DNA from: Camelus dromedarius
Taxonomy: Eukaryota
Length of the DNA stretch: 64,000 nucleotides
Reading direction: 5' to 3'
NCBI RefSeq assembly: GCF_036321535.1
Contig: NC_087472.1
Coordinates: 92,444,001 to 92,508,000 of the forward strand
The position numbers and the translations under genes were made by a program. Within the stretch, counting starts at the first letter, position 1. The number at the start of each line of letters is the position of its first letter. Positions 27,940 to 40,259 of the stretch are shown here, piece by piece. Below the pieces are notes generated by a model. The model worked only from the letters and a program-made list of their open reading frames with translations. It was not told the DNA's origin and did no database searches.

Positions 27940-28165
27940 AAATTTTTAAATCCACTTCATGTTTCCACCATTGTTCTTTCTCCTATGCCAAGAAAATGTC
28001 ATGTCCCAGATAGTGGTTATTCCTTTATCCTGGATCCAAGAATGAAGAAGACACATAGAACATCATCACAGCGGCCACATGGCATGTAACATGAGAGAGA
28101 AGTAAACCAATGTCATTTAAAAGGCACCGAGGTTTGGAGTTATTAACCCGGTATAACTAAACAAA
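27940..28165 (+). mobile_element. Old MLT1 (K/L-like) LTR fragment
   Basis: agaatgaagaagacacat...atgtaacatgagagagaagtaaacc...gcaccgaggtttggag. Confidence 0.6.
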
Positions 28166-30086
28166 AGCTAACGCAACTAGCTTAACAAAAATATATTCAA
28201 TAACATAAGAATAAGAACTGACAAATCGAGGTAAATGGAGAGTAAAGATGAAACCATAAGATAAAGCGAGGGGAAAAAAAGTATGCAGAATTGTGTATTA
28301 TTGAGTTCTATTAAAAATTACAATATTATTCTTCTGTTCAATATGTCTGCCCTATTTTTTTTTTTTAGTGTTTTCTATTATTTTTCTCATTAGTAACTTG
28401 AGACTACTTCTCTTCCCTTACCACCTGTCATTCTTCCCTCCTGGCTATTGTCATGCTCCATAAAAATTTCTCTGAAGGCAAAAAGATAGTTTAAAAAAGG
28501 ACTTCCCCTGGGACACCAGGATTTTTGGACGCATTTATTTTCTTCTCCCTCATACTGCAAATGGATGCTGGGCAAATAGGTGAGCGTGGAAATCTATCAC
28601 TGCTGCCTCCCTTCTGTAGCTGGCTGCAAGAGATGGGCAATCTGGTTTACTCAGAAAATACCTAACACCCTTTCCAGAGTTCCTTGACACTGGCTTGAGA
28701 CTGGAGCTGGTGCCAGGCTTGGAAATGATTTTCCTCAATTTTACATTGTGTTTTAAAGGCTCCTACATGCTGCTGCTGGAAGAACTCCTATTGTTATTAT
28801 TCAACACAGCCTTCATAATTTAAACACCAAAATAAGTTGTAATGTTCAAAATATTAGAGATTAAGAATGACATTTCAACATTTCTTAATTCTCCGATAGT
28901 CTTTTTAAAGTCTTTTTAAATGTTAATCTGGTATTATCCCATTACTGCAGGAAATTGATACAGTTTTACCCAACTGTCAACTGTCAATTCTCCTATTAAA
29001 TATCTGTAGATGATGTTAAAATGCAATTTAGCAACTGGAGAGTTATCTGTGGACCAGAAAGATTTAACCACTGACATTTTTTTCCTACTGAAATCACTAG
29101 TGTCATTCTGACATCATGCACTGACGGGTGACAAGTTCTCTTATTATAAAATCAAAGATTACTTTTAAAAAGGCTGAATCAGCTTTGAAAGTAACGATGT
29201 CTGGTTGAGGGGGGTGTTTTAATGCATTCTAGTTAGTTCAAAGAAAGTCTAATAGCTTATGGATTCAGCCTCCTGTGTGTGTGCATTTGAAAATATAAAG
29301 TAATAAGATATGGAAGCACATGAAGGAATATATGTACTTAAATGTTAAGGAAGAATTAGATGTACAAATTAAGATTGCTTCAGTGATTTTTACTGAAAAA
29401 GTTAAAAGCTAAAAGAAATAACACTTCACAGTTGCTTTATAGAATTCTTGTTAAAAGTCAACAAAAACATTAGGGTAACCTATTCAATATACTATGTCGA
29501 TTCTGGCACACTTAATTTCAAAGGGCAAAGTGGCTTATAAAAAGTCATAAACTACATCAACATTATCATCATGTTTTAACTTTTAGCTTCGGCAAGCCAA
29601 TAGCAGTTGTATTTGCTAATCATGCATACAACATTTAAGAAGCTACAGACTGGAAATTATTTATTTTTCAAATAATCTATGATTTTAGATATGTGAGTTA
29701 ACCAAAAAAAAATTAGTCATTACATGAATAGACATTGAAAATTAAAATATGCTCTCTTTAAACTAGAGGAGGTACTAAGAAGGAAAAAGTACATGCGTCT
29801 ACTACCTAGACAGGAGAGCTTAAATGAAGAAAGAAGAAAATTTTAGAATACTTTAAGCTTAATTCTGCTATGGTACCAGTTGATAAGTATGGTTCAAAAG
29901 GGAAAAATATCTCTATGAAGTGCCTTTGTAATTTGTAGCCAAATAGTAGTGGATGTTATTTCTATCACTTAAATTTTACCATAAAGAATTATGCCTTAAG
30001 CACACTGTACCAACATTATAACATTTGTACAGAGGAGGAAAAAAAAGAAATTTATTTGATATATTTTGGCAACAACCCCCTCCCCG

Positions 30087-30122
30087 TATGTGTATGCATA
30101 TATGTGTGTGTGTGTGTGTGTA
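30087..30122. repeat. (TG)n microsatellite
   Basis: Directly visible. Confidence 0.9.
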
Positions 30123-30267
30123 TAATTTTTTAAACAAAACTGAAACAATCTTAGTCTAGCTGAGGCCAAGGTAAGCAGTTAAGCTGTCTGGAGTAGCTGA
30201 ACACGGACTGTATGGCTGTATGCAATTGACAATGTGGGTGTGATCATCAACTTCAGATTCTACTCAC

Positions 30268-30372
30268 CATCAGCTCCTTCTACATAGCCTAAACCTAAGA
30301 AGGTTCCTGCTTTCACAAATCTAGGGATACTTATGGGGTTAGCTCTGATAGAAGAGACAGACAGGCTCTTAC
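30268..30372 (-). CDS. Candidate 105-nt exon (C)KSLSVSSIRANPISIPRFVKAGTFLGLGYVEGAD(G); alternative acceptors give 77 or 53 nt
   Basis: Strong donor ATG|gtgagt at 30267; frame open from atttgtgcttaag|; inner acceptor ctgtctcttctatcag| at 30344. Confidence 0.55.
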
Positions 30373-30489
30373 CTTAAGCACAAATATATTACAAACCAGT
30401 TATGTAATATTAGACCAAGCCCCCAAACCTATCTCTGTGCCTCACTTTTCCTCTAACAATACTTCCCTTGCCCATACTCCTCAATAGTA

Positions 30490-30650
30490 TTGAGCATGTA
30501 CTATTATACCCCAGGCATTGTACTAAGCATTTTCAACACATTATCTTTATTGAATAACCAAAACTACTCCAGAAGGTTATTACTGATAGAAATCCCATCC
30601 GACAGGCAGAGAAACAAGGTTCAGTAACTTCTTCCAGATCATACAGCAAG
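30490..30650 (-). mobile_element. MIR SINE
   Basis: tattgagca...ccaggcattgtactaagcattt...gacaggcagagaaacaaggttcag. Confidence 0.7.
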
Positions 30651-31189
30651 TACCCTAATCAGGATGCCTATTTAGATGTCAAAATGAAGAGCCCAAACAT
30701 TTGAACTAACAAGGTGAGCGATTATGCAGTGACAGTACTTAAGTAATTTTTTTTTTTTTACTACAACTACATTACACAGTAAAGAAAATAATCTGCAAAT
30801 GCACTCCTCAGTTTGCTGCTGCAGGAAATTTAAAATTTATAAAGAGCATGCTACTTTCACAAAGCTAAGAGAATGCTTAGAGGGAAAGGGAATTTGATTT
30901 AAATGTCTGGAGTCCAGGGTTCTAGTCCAGCTATCTCATTAATTAAATGTCCAACACTGTGAAAGTCTTTACGTAATTCATCTAAACCTTTACTAAAGAT
31001 TTCAGGATTAGCATAAATTGATATGCTGGTATGACCTCTAGGGTTAGATTAGGAGAGAACCAGTAATGAACTGGCATTAACAGAAAGCAAAAAATTAAGT
31101 TATAGTAGCCATTTCAAAATAAATCAAACTTGTATAAAAGTTCTACTGATTTCCAGGAAATAAAGAGTACAGAGAAAATGTTAAACTAT

Positions 31190-31680
31190 GTCTCAGGGAT
31201 GTAATCAGTAAAAATCAGGTTATGGGAAAATATATAGGACAAATTACTTTGATTCTTCAACAAAAAAAATTGCAACAGGACAAAAAGATGGAGAGGGATC
31301 CTATCAATTAAAAGAGACAAAATATGAAATCAACAAATCAACATGCATAGACCTTACTGAATCCTAACTTAGATTTGAACATTGTCTAGATTATTGGATG
31401 ACAAAAAGAAATTACTGTCATTATTTAAGGTGTGATAATCATTTTAAGTTTATGTTAGAAAGAAAGTTATGTTCATATCTCTGTGTAAAATAATATGATG
31501 TCTGAGATTTTCTACAAAAATAAAACGACAGTGGGAAAAGTGAACAGGGGAGAGGATGGGGCAAGACTGGCCATGGGTTGGCAATTTTGGTGACTGCTGA
31601 GGTGCATAACAGGTACATGGTGGCTCATTATTCTTTACATGTTTTTTGTTTGTTTGAAATTCTCCATAACAAAAAATAGG
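31190..31680 (+). mobile_element. Old L1 (L1MC4-like) 3' region
   Basis: ggacaaattac...ttcttcaacaaa...ggggcaagactggccatgggttg...ttgaaattctccataac. Confidence 0.65.
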
Positions 31681-32084
31681 CAGTAGACCTGGAAAATTAG
31701 AAAGTATTACAAAGAAGCCTAAGAGGCTCATTGAGGAAAATGGAGTTAGAGTAGGAGTCATTGACATCTTAAGGCCACTTTTTGAGTCCTGAGAGAAAGG
31801 AAGATCATCTTGGGGTTTTTGTTAGATACCAAAGAGGCAAACACAAGACATGAACTTGAACGTGGGAGTACAGTGAACTGACAAGACAAGCATGACCAGC
31901 TATAGACTTGTTGAGAGAAGAGAGAATAGTGAACTCTGGAGGGGCAGAAGATGGGAAGAAAAATAAGTAGGGCAATGATCTTATATAACCAGGGGGGGTA
32001 TACATTAGTAAGTAGTGGAAATGTATGTTGTGAACACAAATTTGCTATTTGTTAAATGTTACAAGTGAAGCATGGCCCACTGAT

Positions 32085-32960
32085 TAGAACAACTAATTCT
32101 CAACAGTGATAATACCAAATGCTGGTGAAGATGTGGAGCAACAGGAATTTCATTCATTGCTGGTGGGAATGCAAAATGGTACAGCCACTTCTGAAGACAG
32201 TTTGGCATTTTCTTACTTAGCTAAACATAATCTTACCATATCATCCAGCAACACAGTCCCAAGCATTTACCCAAATAAACTGAAAAGTTATGTCCACACA
32301 AATACCTGCACACAAATGTATACCACAGCTTTATTCATAATTGCTAGAAGTTGGAAGCAACCAGGATGCCCTTTAGTATGTGAATGGATAAATAATCTGT
32401 GGTACAGTCTTGCAATGGAATCTTATTTAGCGATAAAAAGAAATGAGCTATTAAACCGTGGAAAGAAATGGAGGAAATTTAAAGGCATAAAATGAAAGAG
32501 CTAGTCTGAAAAGGCTACATATTGTATAATTCCAACTATCTGACATCCTGGAAAAGGTAAAAAACAAAACAAAAACTATAGAGACAGTAAAAAGATCAGT
32601 GGTTAACAGAGGTTAAGGTGGGTTGGGGTAGTAATGAACAAGTAAAGCACAGGGGATTTTTAGAGCAGTAAAACTGCCCTGTGTGATATCGTATTTGACA
32701 CTATGCATTTGTCAAAACCCACAGAACTGTACAACACAAAAAGTGAACATTAATGTAAACTGTGGACTTCAGTTAATAATTTATCAACATTGGTTCATAC
32801 TGTGATAAATTTACCATCCTATTGCAAGATGTTAATTGGGGAAACTGCGGGGTAGAGAGAGAGGGAGTATACAGGAACTCTCTGTACTTACTATCCAATT
32901 TTTCTGTAGACCCCAAAACTGCTCTAAAAAATAGTCTATTACTCTATTTAAAAAAAAAAA
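32085..32960 (+). mobile_element. L1MC/L1MD-type ORF2 end, 3'UTR and poly(A)
   Basis: ORF 32106-32495 is a degenerate L1 ORF2 C-terminus (TALFIIARSWKQPGCP...EWIN); 3'UTR ends in an A tail. Confidence 0.9.
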
Positions 32961-33794
32961 GGACAGTAACTTCTGAAATGTGCAATCAGAACTGTTTGCT
33001 ATCCAGGCTGATATTTCAAGACCTGAGGGGAAACTCAGTGATTTGTCACTTGTCTTCCTTCTCATGGTCTGAGCCGGTGATCTGGAGCAGGAAAACAACA
33101 CCGAGTATGACTGTTCTCTCTGGGATCCTTGTATTCCCCAGGGAAGCTGGCATTGCTGGGGAGGGTGTGTCACTTTTCATATAACCACTCACTGCAGAAA
33201 TAACTTTTAGAATCTGAACCACAACTTCAATGTCTGGAATTCTCCAGACTGCAGGGATTTAAGTGTTTTGGGCAGGTCTCCTACCAAACTGCAGGGATTT
33301 AAATGTGGTTTTGGTAGGTCTCCCGGAGACTTATCCAGGGAAATGGAGAGTGAGACTGCTAATCCCAGGTCTGCCACCTCCTAGGAATCTGACCTAGCAG
33401 GAAATATATGCTCATTACTTCACCAGGAAAGTTACCCTCAGAATTAATTAGGTTATTTTATTACAAAGAGAGAGAGGCAATGCGAGCCGTTATGCGAAAT
33501 CTTTCCACAGAAAATGCCCCAGGACCAGTAATTAGAGTATTTATCCATCCTATCAGTCTATCTCTCCAACTAAAGGAAGAACTAATTAATTTATACACAT
33601 TCAAACTCATCTTAAAAAGATTACAAAATGCATTCAGCAAAATCATTATAATTGATGATGATAATAATAATAAAATGGATAATGATATCAAGAGAAATTT
33701 AAAAAGAGACAGCAATGAAGGTAGAATAACATCACAGGGCTCTTCATCAAGGGAGACCAAAGGTGTGCCATGCAGCTCCAGGCCCTGCACTTAC

Positions 33795-33818
33795 AGGGGA
33801 GTATGGCAGTCAAGTCAC
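33795..33818 (-). CDS. Candidate 24-nt microexon (S)DLTAILP(C)
   Basis: tttaatcccatggacactgcag|GTGACTTGACTGCCATACTCCCCT|gtaagt; only the phase-1 frame is open, matching its neighbours. Confidence 0.45.
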
Positions 33819-34347
33819 CTGCAGTGTCCATGGGATTAAACTAAGCCCGGTCTTCAGAAGAAACATAGTATTATTATGCACATTTTTCATCATCCTTATT
33901 TGAAAACTTTGGGACCAAGATATGCCTTAAAAAATAGGCTTTTTGGATTTTGGAAAGTAATACAGTATATATATACCAACTTTGAAAAATCCCAAAGAGG
34001 CTCTGGGAAAGCACTCTAGAATTAAATATATTAATATTTGTCTACATAAACATATAAATACTGAAACTTCAGGGAATACATATGTTTAGCTCAAGTTACC
34101 CTCAAATGAACTTTGTCATGAGACTTAGAGAAAATATCGCTGTGACAGATTTGTGGATTTGGCGGCTGCAGACATTAGGGGGGCTGTTTCTTGTACAGTC
34201 TTCTTCCAGTAAAGCCATACGCCCAAGGGAGTTCAGTAAAGCTCTGCCACATTGACTGGGGGTCAAAGACAGTGGCCAGTTGGACAACTCAAGCTTCCTG
34301 AGCTCCTAGCTGGTCAAATAATAGACCTTTTTTGTTTGAATATCTAG

Positions 34348-34475
34348 AATAGTGGTTCCCAAACTTTAGTATGTATCAGAATTCCCCACACTAGATTAAG
34401 AGAGTATCTGAGCCTTTTGGGTTTTTACCAAGTTCCCCAGGTGACTGATGGCCACCAAATTTCAGAGCCACTGAT
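34348..34475. mobile_element. MER5-family DNA transposon fragment
   Basis: agtggttcccaaacttt...caagttccccaggtga...tttcagagccactg. Confidence 0.65.
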
Positions 34476-35243
34476 CTAGAGGAATGCAAAGAATGCATAT
34501 CCTTTGGGCCATCCCACCTAAATCTTATTTTTAGAGATACTGAACTCAAGGTTGTAGGGCCAGAATTGTCCCCAAAGTGCTAATACTCTGCATCATTGGT
34601 TAAAAGGAGAGGTTAAAACAGCGACCAATTAAGTTTGCATTCTCTCTTTTTAAAAAACTGAGAAACTTTAATGAGCTTGAGCTAAAAATGTCCATCCTGA
34701 CCCTTTAGAAGGGTGGTAATCAGAGGTATTACCCAAAAGCAAGATAGAGAGTCAGAAATAACCACATTTCCAAAATATTAGACAAGATTCTTTGATTAGT
34801 CTGCCCAGGATGGTCCGCTCATCCATATTGCCAGGGTATACAGACACACAGAGAATGCGCACAACTCAAAGCTTTCCATGAATTCAAATTCATTCAATAA
34901 AAAGGAAAACTATGCCCCCCACCCACTACTATGAAAAATGGCAAAAGCTTAGCACTGAGATTTACTGCAGTGAGCTGGCACTGGGCAACTGTATGTAACG
35001 TGAAATGCAGTAACATATCATGCAGCAGCCAAATATGCATGCAGAACACTGCTTTCTTCTCAACAGTGGCTGATGTGACCACAGTCAAATCCTGCAGTTA
35101 ATTATCATGGACTCCAGTGGAAAGGTAAATCTGACTAACAGCCACAAGCCCCAATTACTACCAAGATATGGTAAATTTGACTTCAGAAATCTGTTATTAA
35201 TGCTTTGACATTTTCAGGATAAAATGTACTTTAAAACACTGTT

Positions 35244-35281
35244 GCTTCCTTAGTGCAGTAGGCAGCGCGTCAGTCTCATAA
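35244..35281 (+). pseudogene. 5'-half elongator tRNA-Met(CAT) tailless retropseudogene
   Basis: GCTTCCTTAGTGCAGTAGGCAGCGCGTCAGTCTCATAA matches the first 38 nt of mammalian tRNA-Met(CAT); TSD taaaacactgttg at 35232-35244 and 35279-35291. Confidence 0.9.
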
Positions 35282-36779
35282 AACACTGTTGGCCAAGGAA
35301 GTCATCTTTTTAAACTCTAAATAAACAAAAGAGGTAATAAAGGGGAGCAAAACAGGAGAGGAAAAGGAAATTAACATCCACTGAGCACCTGTGAAGAGTG
35401 CACTCCTCTAGATGCTGCGCACATAATAGGACTCTTACTCCTCTCAAGTGATCAGGGGAAGGTCCAGCTGACGTGAGCCACTTGTGGTGGCGAACGTCAA
35501 ATGCTAACCAAAACCCGCATATCTTAGTCCAAGGGGTTGAATCATGATGCTAGAATATTCACTGAATGTCACTATTTAGTGGCACAGTTAAAAGAAAGGC
35601 AGTGTTTCATCATACGAAGAATAAATAGCTTCGAGTTCTCAAGTTGCAAAATGTTTTGTTAGATGAACAGTGACCTCCTGCATGCTAAGCCAAATAAGAA
35701 ATTTATACTATTTTGGCTCTTTTCTTAGTCAGTTTTTGATAAATGACAATGTCTTGACTCATTAACAGTCTTTTGCCACTGGATCAACATAGACAAGTTT
35801 GGATAAAGGACAAGTGTATTCAAGAATAAAAAAAAAATCCAACTACGCATTGACCTTCAAAATGAAATAATAACTGATATCTAGAAAGTTTTAAATGCCA
35901 CTAAAAAAAGAGTCAACACCTCTCTCCTCATGATGTATCAGCATTTTTGTATAAAAATTAAAGGCATGCACTGCTGTATTTTGGTTAATTAGTATCTCTA
36001 AACATGTTTTCTCTTTAATGCTTGCAAGCACAAGAAATGGTCGGAAGGGTATCCCTAGTAAAAATATCAGAGCTTGGAGTGGTTAGTAAATTTTTCCTTA
36101 TGATTTTGTAAATCAATTCACTTTATTGCTACTTTACATCTGAATCTCAATTGTGAATCAATTCACTTTACAGATGTAATGACAGTCTGAAAATCTTCCC
36201 TTTCAAAGAAAAATAGAAAGCATGGAGTTTTTTTAGGCAATCATATTAACACTAAACCTTGACTATTAAAAAATCCTACATTATTTCTTCATATAATGTT
36301 AATTTACATTAATTATAGAAAAGTTAGAATGATGAAAGAGAAGATTAATTCTACAACCCAGAAATAAAATTTTATTAAAGATATACATCCTTTCAGTCAT
36401 TATCTTGTAATTTTCCTTAAGCATACAAACATAAAATCATGAGTATACGCATTTATGCCTGTTATTAAATATAATTGATTAGGTAGTCAATTAGTTACAC
36501 ATATCTAAAACGTTCATATAAAAAGATTCTATATGAAAATAAAATACATTCTTCTAAATTTTTGTAAACAACCTTAAGCAGTACAGCAGAAAAAGTCCCC
36601 ATAAGCAGTAGTTTTGAATTGCAAATGAGATGAAGAACGTGGAACAGATTCAATTGTCTCTCTCCAGTACTGAGTGCCAAATATAAAACTAAACATTATT
36701 GTTCATTTCTTGAATCTGTGTTCTGCCAAATAAAAATGAAGAGTTAACCACTGATGGATGGCATTTAAAATTTTCCCCA

Positions 36780-37290
36780 ACCATTCAGTTATTCAATGTA
36801 CTCATGAAGAAGTTATTTCTTAACTAATACTGTGCTAGGAACTGAGGAAACAAAGGAATAAGATAGTTCCCACCCTTCAAGAACTAACAGTTGAACCAGG
36901 GAGATAGTGAAGTGAGCAGGAAATTATAATACAGTGTGATAAGTGCCATGAGAGCCCTAAGTAGAAGAGAGCTGCTAAACCATCCATGAAAGGGGAATCA
37001 GCAGGGAAACCCTCCAAGAAAGGGAAATATTAATTTTAGTCCTGAAGGACTAGTTAGTTTTAACTAGGCAAAACACAAAAGATGCTTGGGGAAGAGGAAG
37101 GGTGCAATAGGAATAAAAAATCTACACCAAGAGAGAATCTCTTGGTTCTTCACTGCTCAAGTGAGTTAGTTAAGTGGTAAAGCAAACTGGGAGGAGGGAA
37201 GTTGAAAGAATTGAGACCAAAAAGTTAGGCAGGGGTCTTATGTGTCAGGCCATGGGTTTGAGTCATGATCAAAGAGCAATCAGGTAATGT
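36780..37290 (-). mobile_element. L2 LINE 3' fragment
   Basis: cattcagttattcaa...tactgtgctaggaactgagg...ataatacagtgtgataagtgc. Confidence 0.75.
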
Positions 37291-37467
37291 TGTGTTCTGA
37301 GGGCATCTCATCCATGAGCACACAGTGTTCATCTGCCTTAATGATGGTACTTTTGACCACCCCCATTCAAGGTGTTGTTCAATTTCTCCAATGTATATTT
37401 ACTGTAATAGTTATTATCTTTCCTTTATAACCACAAATAGTCTGTACAGGAATTATTTAAGACCACA

Positions 37468-37803
37468 TGTTATGGACTAAGTGTTTGTGCCCCTCAAATT
37501 CCCATGCTGAATCTTCAATATGATGGTATTAGGAAGTGAGGCCTTTGGGAGGTAATTAGATTTAGGGAAGGTCAGGAGGGCGGGGCCCTCATGATGTAAT
37601 TAGTGCCCAAAGAAGAGACCAGAGAGCTGGCTCCTTCTTTTTCCCCTGCCATCTTCAAGATAGGAAGAGGGTTCTCATCACACATTGAATCTGCTGGCAC
37701 CTTGATTTTGGATTTCTCAGCCTTCAGAACTGTGAGAAATAAATGTTTGCTGTTTAAGCCACACAGTTTGTGGTATTTTGTTATGGTAGCCTGAACAAAG
37801 ACA
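37468..37803 (+). mobile_element. MLT1A-like solo LTR, inserted in an antisense old L1 fragment (about 37300-37860)
   Basis: tgttatggact...gaatctgctggcaccttgattttggatttctcagccttcagaactgtgagaaataaatgtt...aca. Confidence 0.9.
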
Positions 37804-38107
37804 GCATACAAACAAGCTGCTCATGAAAACTTGATGATTCTTGATTGAAATAATCTTTGTGGAGGTTGACTTATGAGTTCCAATTTGGGCAAGTTAACTT
37901 TAAGGAGCCTATGGGATCTCCAAGTGGAGACATAATGTAGAGTTGTCAGATTGGACTGACACCCAAAAGACAGATCAGCATTGGTGATTTATCTTGAAAG
38001 TCCACAGAGATTGGTGTACAGTGAGGCAAAGAGCAGTGATACTGTATATTTGGGCATATTAGCACTAAAGATAGACAAGGGGAAAGATAAAAGAGGTATT
38101 TGCTAGA

Positions 38108-38280
38108 GCAGTATATCTCCAAGTGTGGATCCTGGACTAGCAGTACTAGCCTCACCTGAGTACTTCTAAGACCCCATCTCACACCTACTGAATCCGAAAA
38201 GCTAGGGTGGTGCCCAGCACTGTGTGTTTTGACAAGCCATCCAGGTGATTCTTATGTCCCTAGAGGCTGAAGGCCACTGA
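38108..38280. mobile_element. MER5A DNA transposon
   Basis: ctccaagtgtggatcctggactagcag...acctactgaatc...ccaggtgattcttatg. Confidence 0.8.
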
Positions 38281-38775
38281 ACTGTACAATGTGTGTAAAA
38301 GGATTTTGCCTGTATCTACTAACTTTAGATGATGTTAATGATGAAGAAGAAGAAAGAAAAGGAGGAGGAAAACAAAACTGCCACTTCCACCACCAAACTG
38401 TGGGATAATAAACTTGACTTCCAAGTTACTTTAAAAACATTGGTTTAAAGAAGCAACATCAGCTTATGAAATGAGGCATTTGAGTTATCCACATATTATA
38501 CTGTATAGTTCAACAGGTGTTTGCATTACATGTCACAGATTAAGCTGATCTTGAGGAACCACAGATAGTAATTATACACTGCTATGCATGACCAAAGGTA
38601 CAACTTAACCACTGTTCTTCATCCTTTAAAGAACCATTATCCCGAATTACAACTTGCTAGATATTTGTAATTTGCCTATTTCATGTGAGAAATGAATTAT
38701 TCAGAGGCTCACACTATAGCTGAGGTACTATAAAAATATAAATTTACTACTCAATAGATACAAGTGATCACTTAC

Positions 38776-38797
38776 TAATTATATTTTCAAAATGCCT
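38776..38797 (-). CDS. Candidate 22-nt microexon RHFENII(S)
   Basis: cccgtgaatttaaattag|AGGCATTTTGAAAATATAATTA|gtaagt; pyrimidine/TGC tract further upstream; one open frame. Confidence 0.45.
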
Positions 38798-40035
38798 CTA
38801 ATTTAAATTCACGGGTGATTGATGTAGTAAGACAAGCAGGAAGCACAGGAGATAATTTAATCAACAAATGACCCTGTGAAAAGTGGTGAGGGTAGAAGTT
38901 TCATTTAATTTTATGTCACTTTTTCATCTCTAAATTGTTAATTTAGGTTCTGTTCATAGGTGGGCATTCAATTTGTTACTTGCATTCATTACCAAATAAC
39001 TAACCACACTAAAAGATCTTTTAAGGACTATGAACCATGTTTCACTATCTTCTTATCTTTTCATTTTGCTCTGAGTTCTTGACCAGCTATGAAATTTAGC
39101 TTTTCCTGCATAGTTTAATACGTGAAAGTGTAACTCCCAAGATACCTTATGAAATTCTAATTATATTTAATGATACACGTTATTGAGAATAAAATTTTTA
39201 AATGGGAAAAATTAATCACAGACTTTGTGAAAATGTTTTAAAATTATGAAACCCAAGAGTAGTTATAATCAAACTTTTAATCACCTCTAGAAATCATCTC
39301 TCTGCAAAAACATTTTCAACTAAAATGGGCACTCAACTCGCAAAGCCATATGTAGAAAAAAACTGAATCTGAAACCATTCCATTTGCTCTTGACAGTCTG
39401 TGTCCATGTTATAATACTGTAAAATTAGCTGTTCCTAGAAGCAGCCACTCTAACAGCAAACTGACCATTTAATATATGCCAGGCACTCCGTTAAGTCAAT
39501 TAAATGTAGTACCTTTAATTCTTCCACTAATACCAAGGTGTCGGTAGAATTATCCATACTGTACAGATGGCATACTTGAGTACTAAAAGGTTAAGTTGTG
39601 ACTTGCAAAATCTAAACCCTTAACCACCTTGCTCTGTGTACCTTACTTAACTCATTTCTGACCCTTCTTTTTTTTTAATATTCTAGAAATTTATTTAAAA
39701 GGAAGCCCATATACATTTCTGAAAGGTCTCTCCTCGTAGGTACCTCTTTGCTTGATCTAATCTCTGTCTCCCCTTCCATTCCTTACTAAGCGATACACAG
39801 CATAACGATGGCAGTCAGAACAAAAGTCCAAGTCTCTGAACTCTTAGTGTTCTGTTCTGCAGAGTAAGATGACCATGCACTGCATAGCCCAAATCTGATC
39901 CCAAGTAACAAACGGTGATGCAGAGAGACTTCCTGAATCTATTCACACATATTTCTCATACACATTCATCCTAAGGTGTTACTAAATTCTTTCAAAATGC
40001 AGTGTACCTTACACGATACTCGGCGTAAAGAATAC

Positions 40036-40044
40036 CTTTATCAT
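40036..40044 (-). CDS. Candidate 9-nt microexon MIK (an alternative donor gives 32 nt, 40013-40044, MIKVFFTPSIV)
   Basis: acacattcccctggaaactgtag|ATGATAAAG|gtattc; CpG-rich flank; second donor CGT|gtaagg. Confidence 0.5.
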
Positions 40045-40235
40045 CTACAGTTTCCAGGGGAATGTGTAATATAATAATGATAAACACAATAAGCAATCCA
40101 TTTTAAGATGTATGTTAAGCAGGCCATGACTCTTTCTGGGGAAAGAAAAGGCTTTAAAAGTCAATTTTGAAAGTCATTTACTTAGGACAGCCTTTGTGCT
40201 TATGCCATATGATGCTTTTAACAACTGAAACTTAC

Positions 40236-40259
40236 AAAGCTTGAAATTCTACCAATTAA
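40236..40259 (-). CDS. Candidate 24-nt microexon LIGRISSF
   Basis: ccaccccctaccaaaatctgcag|TTAATTGGTAGAATTTCAAGCTTT|gtaagt; frame-preserving. Confidence 0.45.

Noticed and set aside
32106..32495. 129-aa ORF
   Set aside because: Degenerate L1 ORF2 C-terminus, not a host gene.
33243..33325. ~40-bp tandem duplication (ctgcagggatttaa...ggtctcc); similar short duplications near 3968, 4250, 6487 and 36110
   Set aside because: Two-copy slippage duplications; not CRISPR-like and no sign of function.
33408..33839. 143-aa and 109-aa ORFs
   Set aside because: They span a MIR remnant and low-complexity (ATA/GAT)n; not protein-like.
35244..35320. Functional tRNA-Met gene
   Set aside because: The 3' half (B box, T arm, acceptor stem) is absent.
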